DNA of 33,442 nucleotides from an uncultured Nitrospinaceae bacterium (GTDB lineage Bacteria; UBA8248): NCBI GenBank assembly GCA_964456425.1, contig CAYWAX010000002.1, positions 1 to 33,442 of the forward strand, read 5' to 3'. Shown piece by piece: positions 26,812 to 33,442 of this stretch (position 1 is its first letter; each line of letters starts with the position of its first letter). The notes under the pieces were generated by a model. It saw only the letters and a program-made list of their open reading frames with translations, ran no database searches and was not told where the DNA came from. The position numbers and the translations under genes were made by a program.

Positions 26812-27930
26812 TTAAGAATTAAAAAAGTTTCGAATACTTTCAATAACATATGAAAGTTGCTCTTCAGTGAGACCCTGATAAATAGGCAAGCTTAGGATTG
26901 TGTTTGCCTGCCTTTCAGTAACAGGAAAGCTTCCCTGTTCATAACCTAACTCAAGACCAATAGATTGCAAGTGTATAGGTATAGGATAATGAATGGCGGT
27001 CTGAATTCCTTTCGAAGTAAGAAAATCCTTTAGTTCATCACGCTTTTCAGTTTGGATAATATATGTGTGAAAAACAGATTTTTCTTTTTTATTAGGAATA
27101 GGGAGAATAAAATCTCCAAAATCAGAAAGCCCGCTGTGGTAAAAAGAAGCATTCGAAATCCTTTCCTCAGTCCATCCTTGTATGTATTTCATTTTTACAA
27201 GCAGGACAGCCGCTTGTACATTATCTAACCTACTGTTCCCACTCCAAAACTCACAATTATCTCTTGTTTTAAGACCTAAATTTCTCAAAACTTTTATTTT
27301 ATGAAACAAGTCCTCATCATTTGTTGTGATTATGCCTCCATCACCAATGGCACTCAGTGTTTTTAAAGGGTGTAAACTAAAACATCCAGTGATACCAAAT
27401 GAACCCACCTTCTGATTATTATGTTCTGCAAGAACAGCCTGAGCACAATCTTCTACTATATGTAATCCATACTTATTACTAATCTCAATTAAAAGAGACA
27501 TGTTTGCAGGTCTTCCAGTCAAGTGGACCGGTAAAATAGCTTTTGTCTTCTCAGAAATTTTTTCTTCAATTTTCATGGGATCAATATTGAAATCATCGCC
27601 AACGTCAACTAAAACAGGTTTTGCACCTAGAAGTGCAATTGCACTCGCAGTTGCTACAAAGGAATTAGGAACAGTGATTACTTCATCACCCTCACCAATA
27701 CCTAATGAGCGCATAGATAGTATTAACGCATCAGTTCCTGAATTAACACCAATGGCATATTTAGTTCCGCATAATTCTGCAAATTTATTTTCAAATTTCT
27801 CGACTTCATCGCCAAGAATAAAATTACCACTTTTAATAATATTGGAAATCTTTTGTATAACTTCATCATGAACCACAGAATTCAGCGAGGCTACATCTAC
27901 ATACGGTACTTCAATTTTTCCAGAACTCAT
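26812..27930 (-). CDS. DegT/DnrJ/EryC1/StrS-family PLP sugar aminotransferase, second paralog
   Basis: About 372 aa from the ATG at 27930 (the track uses the TTG one codon upstream). GVNSGTDALILSM, VEDCAQA, FSLHPLKTLSAIGDGG, HYPIPIHLQ. Confidence 0.92.
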   Translation of the reverse strand: MSSGKIEVPYVDVASLNSVVHDEVIQKISNIIKSGNFILGDEVEKFENKFAELCGTKYAIGVNSGTDALILSMRSLGIGEGDEVITVPNSFVATASAIALLGAKPVLVDVGDDFNIDPMKIEEKISEKTKAILPVHLTGRPANMSLLIEISNKYGLHIVEDCAQAVLAEHNNQKVGSFGITGCFSLHPLKTLSAIGDGGIITTNDEDLFHKIKVLRNLGLKTRDNCEFWSGNSRLDNVQAAVLLVKMKYIQGWTEERISNASFYHSGLSDFGDFILPIPNKKEKSVFHTYIIQTEKRDELKDFLTSKGIQTAIHYPIPIHLQSIGLELGYEQGSFPVTERQANTILSLPIYQGLTEEQLSYVIESIRNFFNS

Positions 27931-27985
27931 CAAGAGAACCTTATTTTATATGAAAATTTGCAGTCTTAGGAAAAATAATTTTCCG

Positions 27986-28993
27986 TCAAACGAAATTAAT
28001 ATGTTCGGGCTCGGGCAAACTAGAGGATGGGTCTAAAGTAAATTCACCTTTTTTATATCCATCTAAATACTCATTAACCTTATGTTGCAAGCAAAGAGTT
28101 CCGCACATCTTTTGAGCATTAAAATTAGGAGAAGCTAAATAATTTACAACTTCCCAATACCTATCGCTTTGTATAATATCTTTAAATCTTTGATCAACTA
28201 TGTTCCCCATATGAAATTTCTTGTATCTATCATTAAAAAGCATACCGCATGGCGCGACTAGACCTGAGCCTGACAATTGCAACATAAAAGGAGGTCCATA
28301 ACATCTTTGATAACTTCTAACTCCACTCGCTTCAATTTTCGACCACTTCACAACAACCTTATAATCTTCATCGGAAAGATTCTCTGCTTTTTGAAGTTTA
28401 TCGTAGAGAGCTTCATAAGCATCATAATCAACTCCAAGATCCCCGTCTTCGTTATCGCTACAATGCTTAATAACAAGATAATCTGGCCTTAAATCTTTCC
28501 CTAATTTAGCTAAAGGGAGAATCTGGTCGCCATATTCAGGCATAAGGACCATTTGAAGACCAATTGTAACCGGCAAGTTATTTTCTTTCTTTATTTCGAC
28601 CATATCTTTAATATTTTTACAAACTTGATGAAACCATTCCTCTTTTGCACCCATGATTTCTGCATATCTTTTAGGTTCTCCAGCAGAAATATTTACTCTG
28701 AAATAAGTAAGATGAGGAAGTATTTCTTCAGCTTTTCTTCGATTTATGACTAATCCATTTGTACCTACCGCCATAGAAATACCTAGCTCGCTTCCTCTCT
28801 TAACCGTGTCCATAAAAACAGGAGAAATTGTACTCTCTCCATCAGAAACTAGACTGATGCCTTTGACACCTACTTCAGCAGCATCTTCAAGAAAAGAATA
28901 AATAACATCTCTATCTATTTTTTTACGTAAATTTTCTTGTAGCATTGCATAACAAAAATGACAGGCATAATTACAAGAACGAGTTAAAGCCAT
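27986..28993 (-). CDS. Radical SAM enzyme with Cys-containing C-terminal region. The true start is probably upstream of 28993.
   Basis: CNYACHFCY sits at residues 7-15 of the track ORF. C-terminal cysteines: YQRCYGPP...APCGM...KMCGTLC. The frame stays open upstream to 29134 and encodes plausible conserved sequence (...TKIEWHAERIKAWENGERIAPITID-MALTRSC...) but contains no ATG/GTG/TTG. Confidence 0.85.
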   Translation of the reverse strand: MALTRSCNYACHFCYAMLQENLRKKIDRDVIYSFLEDAAEVGVKGISLVSDGESTISPVFMDTVKRGSELGISMAVGTNGLVINRRKAEEILPHLTYFRVNISAGEPKRYAEIMGAKEEWFHQVCKNIKDMVEIKKENNLPVTIGLQMVLMPEYGDQILPLAKLGKDLRPDYLVIKHCSDNEDGDLGVDYDAYEALYDKLQKAENLSDEDYKVVVKWSKIEASGVRSYQRCYGPPFMLQLSGSGLVAPCGMLFNDRYKKFHMGNIVDQRFKDIIQSDRYWEVVNYLASPNFNAQKMCGTLCLQHKVNEYLDGYKKGEFTLDPSSSLPEPEHINFV

Positions 28994-29120
28994 ATCAATA
29001 GTTATTGGAGCAATACGCTCGCCATTTTCCCAAGCTTTAATTCGTTCAGCATGCCATTCTATTTTCGTTCCGTCTAAAATCAGATCAGTAGTGATATTGT
29101 ATCTCCCAAAAAATAAAAGA

Positions 29121-29852
29121 TTATGAAATCCTTCTTAAAGAGTTCAAATCTTTAACTTCTTCAAATTCTACGTATAAGTTCTCTTCCAATTCTTTTTTTA
29201 AAATCTTTTCAAAATCCATTAACAACTTTGAAACATCAGCTTTATCAGAACGATTGACGGCACGTATTATTAGTTTCACATCTTTTTCTATTTCAAAAAC
29301 TTCTAATTGATCCTCAACTTGTAATTCTGATAAAAATTTCTTTAATAAATCTCTAGCTCTCTTTATTCTATTAGACCCACTTAAACTTAACCAACCTTCC
29401 GACAATTGTCTATCGAAAAAATTAATAGGAGGAGTATAGGTATATTCTTCACAATATGACTTGAAAACTTTTCGAATTAACTTTAAAGGATATTCAAAAA
29501 TAGGATCTGCATTTTCAGGTGTAATAATTCCTGGGACAGGTCTATAAAGAGAGTGATCCCTTAATTTATATTCTAAATTAATACAAGTATGCTCAGCTGC
29601 TTCTTGAAGGGGCAAATCTATAATCTCTTTGCAAAATAGCTCCATTAAAATTTTTAGATGAATAGAATTTCCGTCTCGATAAAGAGCTTTTTTTATAATG
29701 TGAGACATTGGATCAATTAAAACAGAAAGAGTTAACTCATCCCATGATGATGACAAAAGAACCAAATCATTTTCTTTCTCTAAAAAACCCTCCATAATTA
29801 ACGGTATATTTAAATCACTAAGCGTTTTTTCATATGCAGGATGGATATTCAT
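29121..29852 (-). CDS. Hypothetical protein (no family recognised)
   Basis: 243 aa from the ATG at 29852, which overlaps the upstream TGA as TGATG. Sits inside the glycan operon. I see only a vague resemblance to a Cys-less scaffold-like two-domain layout, not enough to call. Confidence 0.55.
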   Translation of the reverse strand: MNIHPAYEKTLSDLNIPLIMEGFLEKENDLVLLSSSWDELTLSVLIDPMSHIIKKALYRDGNSIHLKILMELFCKEIIDLPLQEAAEHTCINLEYKLRDHSLYRPVPGIITPENADPIFEYPLKLIRKVFKSYCEEYTYTPPINFFDRQLSEGWLSLSGSNRIKRARDLLKKFLSELQVEDQLEVFEIEKDVKLIIRAVNRSDKADVSKLLMDFEKILKKELEENLYVEFEEVKDLNSLRRIS

Positions 29853-30172
29853 CACAAAGTTCCTAATATTTTAATTTCTTTTCCATTATCAGAATTCACA
29901 ATTTTAAAATTTACAAATGAAGAAAGTATTTTTTCGAGAGTTTTTGTTTCTATTTCTTTAAGAATATTCTCGGTTAAAGAAATAGAAAATTTATTAACTC
30001 CTGAAATTTGCACTGATTCTATAAGGTTTAAAATACTTTTTTCATGGTCTTCATCTGGAACCCAAAGATCCAACATATCAAATGACTGCCTAAATCCTCT
30101 AAGTTTATTTTCTATACTATTCTCATAATCTGTTAATAGAACTTCGTAATCAAATTTAATTTCTTTATCCAT
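29852..30172 (-). CDS. Hypothetical small acidic protein
   Basis: 106 aa, in-operon, stop overlaps the next start. No motif recognised. Confidence 0.45.
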   Translation of the reverse strand: MDKEIKFDYEVLLTDYENSIENKLRGFRQSFDMLDLWVPDEDHEKSILNLIESVQISGVNKFSISLTENILKEIETKTLEKILSSFVNFKIVNSDNGKEIKILGTL

Positions 30173-30188
30173 AAAAATTTATCAATCC

Positions 30189-30902
30189 CTAATTTTTGTT
30201 TTTTTTATTAAATCGAATTTCAAGAAAAAGAGAAAAAATCGTTCTTATTACAGCAAACAAATTATCTCTGGTAAAAGATTTTGAATTGCCATGTTCTCTC
30301 TTTCCATTAAGAATTCCTACTTCTGTATAACTATAACCTTGATATATTAGACGAATGAGTATAGATGCCATATACGCATGACCTGTTGTTTCTATGGGAA
30401 CCGAGCGAAGTAATTCAGTACTAATAATAGTATGACCATTGTAATATTTTAAGTTACATCCAAAAAGTAAATTCAGGAAAAATATAAATACTCTAGAAAT
30501 AATTCTTCTTGATAATGGTCTCACCCATGGATTTGTAAAATAAGAAATCACCATATCTTTTTCGCTTGTATGATTAAGAAGTCTTGCCAAAGACTCCTTA
30601 GGAAGTTCATTGTCACCAGGAACCATTACACAAAAATCACAATTAGATAACTGAACTCCTCGTTTAAAGCTGTGTCCCATTCCAGAACGAACTTTATTGT
30701 CAAATGATCTAATAAAATCATATTTCAGGCTTAATTCTTGAGCTAAATGACCAGTTCCATCTTCACTAGCATCATTAAAAATTAATATCTCAAAATATTT
30801 TATCTTCTTGTCTAACATAGAACTTTCTATAGTCTGAACGGTTGCATTCAAACTCCTTGCTTCATTATAACAGGGTACGATAACTGAAATTGAATAATCC
30901 AC
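30189..30902 (-). CDS. Family 2 glycosyltransferase, short polyprenyl-phosphate glycosyltransferase-like (DPM1/ArnC-like)
   Basis: 237 aa, GTG start. SVIVPCYNEA, FNDASEDGT, VMVPGDNE (DxD-like). Hydrophobic C-terminal segments. Confidence 0.85.
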   Translation of the reverse strand: MDYSISVIVPCYNEARSLNATVQTIESSMLDKKIKYFEILIFNDASEDGTGHLAQELSLKYDFIRSFDNKVRSGMGHSFKRGVQLSNCDFCVMVPGDNELPKESLARLLNHTSEKDMVISYFTNPWVRPLSRRIISRVFIFFLNLLFGCNLKYYNGHTIISTELLRSVPIETTGHAYMASILIRLIYQGYSYTEVGILNGKREHGNSKSFTRDNLFAVIRTIFSLFLEIRFNKKNKN

Positions 30903-30912
30903 TTAAGTAATC

Positions 30913-31992
30913 TTAAAAAGGACCTTGGAACATAGGTTTTTCTTCTTTGGAAAAGGTTATGCTATTTTTTTTCGAGTTAGAAGAAATTTTTCCTGAATTT
31001 TTGTCAAAATCAAATAATTCTTTGATAGAAGAAACTATTTCATCCTGTCCAAAATAAAAAATCTTTTCTAACGCAGGGCTACACGGGGTAGGGATATCTG
31101 GAAGAGCGAGTCTTTTAATAGGTGCATCTAACTCATTCCATAGTGATTCAGAGACTTTGGCAAGAATCTCAGCATTAACTCCAAAACTTAAAGAACCCTG
31201 ATCTAAAACTAGAAGTCTTCTAGTTTTTGCAACTGACTCTAATACCATTTCTTGATCCCAAGGCTGTATTGTTTGTAGGTCTATAACTTCAACATTTATC
31301 TTTTCTTTATTAACAATTTCAGCAGCTTTTAAAGCTTCTGTAGCCATTAGAGAAAAAGCTACAATAGTGAGATCAGTTCCTTTCTTTAACTTTGCTGCCT
31401 TTCCCAACTGAGTATAAAAAGGATTCGTAGGGACATTACCTTTATGCCCATACAACCATCTATGTTCCAAAAAGATAACGGGGCTATCATCAAAAATACT
31501 TGACAAAAGTAGTCCTTTAACATTTTCTGGATTACTAGGCATTACAACTTTAAGACCTGGAACTTGAGCAAACATAGAATGAAAAGACTGTGAATGTTGA
31601 GCTGCTTGTCCCCATCCTCTCCCTATAATTGCTCTGATTGTCATAGGGCAAGAAGTTCTACCTCCGGACATATAACGCCATTTCGCAGCATTATTAACAA
31701 TTTGATCCATTGTGAGCATTAAAAAATCGTTTCTTGCATGAACAAGCACAGGCCGTGTTCCGGAAAGAGAAGAACCAACGGCAACACCCGTTATAGTATT
31801 TTCTGAAAGTGGGATATCAAAAACACGATTTCCACCAAATTGTTCATAAGCACTTAAAGTAGTTCCAAAAAGTCCTTTAGCATCATCAACACCTGCTCCC
31901 ATAATGAAAACATTTGAATCTATTTCCATAGATTGAACAAGTGCCTCACTTATTGCTTCAGAAAAAAGAATTTCCTTAACCTCATTTTTCAT
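30913..31992 (-). CDS. 2-oxoacid dehydrogenase E1 component beta-subunit-like (transketolase Pyr + C-terminal domains)
   Basis: 359 aa with FDIPLSENTITGVAVGSSLSGTRPV, and VVMPSNPENVKGLL followed a few residues later by PVIFLEH. The start ATG directly follows the alpha-subunit stop (TAAATG). Confidence 0.9.
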   Translation of the reverse strand: MKNEVKEILFSEAISEALVQSMEIDSNVFIMGAGVDDAKGLFGTTLSAYEQFGGNRVFDIPLSENTITGVAVGSSLSGTRPVLVHARNDFLMLTMDQIVNNAAKWRYMSGGRTSCPMTIRAIIGRGWGQAAQHSQSFHSMFAQVPGLKVVMPSNPENVKGLLLSSIFDDSPVIFLEHRWLYGHKGNVPTNPFYTQLGKAAKLKKGTDLTIVAFSLMATEALKAAEIVNKEKINVEVIDLQTIQPWDQEMVLESVAKTRRLLVLDQGSLSFGVNAEILAKVSESLWNELDAPIKRLALPDIPTPCSPALEKIFYFGQDEIVSSIKELFDFDKNSGKISSNSKKNSITFSKEEKPMFQGPF

Positions 31993-32982
31993 TTAATAAA
32001 TACCTTCAAATAATTCTTCCTCAGAAGGGAATGGACTATTCTTAGCAAAGTCAAAAGCATCAGAAATATTTTGCTCTACTATACTTTGAACATTTCTTAA
32101 TTTATTTTCTTCTAATACTCGATTTTTAATTAAATAATTTTCAAAGCTATTTACAGGACAGTTTCTAATCCAAGAATCTAATTCTTCTCTAGTACGATAC
32201 CCGACATCAATATCTTCGTTAGGCCCGACATGATCTAACCATCTATATGTTCGACACTCTATGAGTGTGGGGCCTTCTCCATTTCTAGCTCTTGCAATGG
32301 CATTTTTTGAAATTTCAAGAATATCTAAAATTTTATTTCCATCAATCCTAAAACCAGGAATATTAGAAAATTTTGCACGCTCAAAAATATTATCTAAAGG
32401 TTGTCTATTCTGAATAGAAGAATACGTTGCATATAAATTATTTTCGCAAACAAAAATTACGGGCAAATTTCGCAAAGACGCAAATTGAAGACTTTCATAA
32501 AAAACTCCTTGCTCTGAAGCCCCATCACCAAAGAAAGCAACAGCAACATTTTGCTTTCCTTGCAATTGATAAGTTAAAGCTGAACCTAATGCCAAAGGAA
32601 TTGATCCCCCAACAATAGCAGATGCGCCCATCATACCAACTTCAAGATCTATCAGATGCATTGAACCACCTTTTCCTGAAGCACATCCATCTTTTTTGCC
32701 ATAAAGTTCTGCAATCATTGCACGGAGATTTCCTCCTTTTGCAAGATAGTGACCATGACATCTATGTGTACTATAGACATGATCTTCATTATTCAAAAAT
32801 TCACAAACTCCAACAGCGCATGCTTCTTGTCCAATGGAAAAATGAACGGGGCAACGCATTTCCTGATCTGGATAAGACTCCGCAATTCTCTCTTCGACTC
32901 TTCTTATTTCATAAAGTTTTTTATAAATCTTAAGAGCAAAATCTTCATCGAGAATTAGCGATTTTTTTTCTGCTTCATTCAT
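31993..32982 (-). CDS. 2-oxoacid dehydrogenase E1 component alpha-subunit-like (ThDP-binding)
   Basis: 329 aa with HFSIGQEA, YSTHRCHGHYLAKG, ThDP motif FGDGASEQGVFYESLQFASLRNLPVIFVCENNLYA. Confidence 0.9.
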   Translation of the reverse strand: MNEAEKKSLILDEDFALKIYKKLYEIRRVEERIAESYPDQEMRCPVHFSIGQEACAVGVCEFLNNEDHVYSTHRCHGHYLAKGGNLRAMIAELYGKKDGCASGKGGSMHLIDLEVGMMGASAIVGGSIPLALGSALTYQLQGKQNVAVAFFGDGASEQGVFYESLQFASLRNLPVIFVCENNLYATYSSIQNRQPLDNIFERAKFSNIPGFRIDGNKILDILEISKNAIARARNGEGPTLIECRTYRWLDHVGPNEDIDVGYRTREELDSWIRNCPVNSFENYLIKNRVLEENKLRNVQSIVEQNISDAFDFAKNSPFPSEEELFEGIY

Positions 32983-32997
32983 TAAACAACTCCAAAA

Positions 32998-33442
32998 TCA
33001 CACCTTCAAAAGGCGTTCCATATGTTCTGAAACCATTTTCACATTAAAGTATTTACGATTATTTAATGTATCTACAAGTAATCCAGTACGAATTGCATCA
33101 GACAGTTCGATTATTGCATTATCTATTTTTCTTTGAGTCGTGAAACCAAGTATATTCTTAATTTTATCAGAACAGATATGATAAGAACGATTATCATCTG
33201 TTGGTGTCTGAACTATTTCAACGTTATCTCGACCTGCATTTTTTTGAACTAATTCTGCCAATTCCGAAACCTTATGGTTTTCTGCCCCAACATTAAATGC
33301 ATGTCCAGAAATTAATGAAGAATCAACTTCAATCAGCATACTATATAAATCTGTCAAATCCTCTATATGAATATTAGGCCTCTTTTGCTCACCTCCAAAA
33401 ACACTAATACTTCCTGTATTCACAGCTAAATTAGTAAGAATA
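32998..33442 (-). CDS. NAD-dependent nucleotide-sugar epimerase/dehydratase, C-terminal part (5' end outside the window)
   Basis: The frame is open to the window edge (ILTNLAVNTGSISVFGGEQKRPNIHIEDLTDLY...NVGAENHKVSELAE...), typical of the substrate-binding C-terminal half of extended SDR epimerases. Confidence 0.8.
   Translation of the reverse strand, partial: ILTNLAVNTGSISVFGGEQKRPNIHIEDLTDLYSMLIEVDSSLISGHAFNVGAENHKVSELAELVQKNAGRDNVEIVQTPTDDNRSYHICSDKIKNILGFTTQRKIDNAIIELSDAIRTGLLVDTLNNRKYFNVKMVSEHMERLLKV

Noticed and set aside
29121-29852. NifU/IscU-like scaffold annotation for the 243-aa orphan
   Set aside because: I saw only a vague pattern resemblance by eye, and the cluster-ligating cysteines are absent. 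That is not enough to assign a family.
901-32958. Many 60-130 aa ORFs on the strand opposite the large genes (e.g. 901..1167, 3066..3314, 3906..4217, 5084..5440, 7337..7666, 10639..10872, 14875..15264, 15577..16179, 24678..25028, 26319..26657, 27500..27871, 29841..30128, 32427..32958)
   Set aside because: Each lies entirely inside a well-supported gene on the other strand. They have Ser/Pro/Ile-rich, low-complexity composition typical of antisense frames in AT-rich DNA, and I saw no SD or motifs.
24636-33442. selC-associated mobile genomic island
   Set aside because: No integrase, transposase or direct repeat of the tRNA 3' end is visible in the window. I kept only the positional observation as a low-interest finding.
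1-33442. CRISPR arrays, IS elements, prophage, toxin-antitoxin or known defence systems
   Set aside because: No spaced direct repeats, terminal inverted repeats, transposase/integrase-like ORFs or small paired ORFs of TA type were seen. All intergenic regions are under about 300 nt.

Overview
AT-rich, densely coding bacterial chromosomal window: about 36 protein genes, one tRNA, and no intergenic gap over about 300 nt. I saw no CRISPR array, IS element, integrase or prophage gene, and no recognisable transcription regulator or transporter. Gene order: (a) 1-7809, minus strand: AhpD/CMD-family gene, rdgB, rph, moaA, two MoeA paralogs (one fused to a binding-protein-like domain), tatA, class-V aminotransferase. 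(b) 8104-12686: a ThDP enzyme convergent with a MaoC hydratase / acyl-CoA dehydrogenase / family-III CoA-transferase module. (c) 12720-14395: an acidic orphan, a DUF169 gene, and rpmG-rpmB (rpmG is missing from the ORF track). (d) 14478-24487: a divergent catabolic cluster. One arm is OCD-like, enolase-superfamily and PhtD-like decarboxylase. The other is a ThDP enzyme, a tandem-duplicated 3-hydroxyacyl-CoA dehydrogenase, DUF523-DUF1722, an MDR oxidoreductase and a degenerate M24-like protein. (e) 24539-24635: tRNA-Sec (selC). (f) 24662-33442, minus strand: a glycan/nucleotide-sugar cluster with 2 SDR enzymes, 2 DegT aminotransferases, a radical SAM enzyme, 2 orphan ORFs, a GT2 and a PDH-E1 alpha/beta pair. 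The best-supported non-obvious result is selenocysteine decoding. The AhpD-family gene at the left edge has an in-frame TGA exactly where the second Cys of the CxxC redox motif belongs (C-D-Y-U). Clearly homologous sequence continues downstream of it, a hairpin follows it, and selC lies in the same window. AhpD-like selenoproteins are a known class, so this corrects the annotation rather than revealing a new system. The most plausible place for undescribed biochemistry is the glycan cluster (radical SAM, two aminotransferases, E1 alpha/beta without E2/E3, two coupled orphans), followed by the catabolic divergon. Both functional proposals are inference from gene context. I cannot show that either is novel without database searches.
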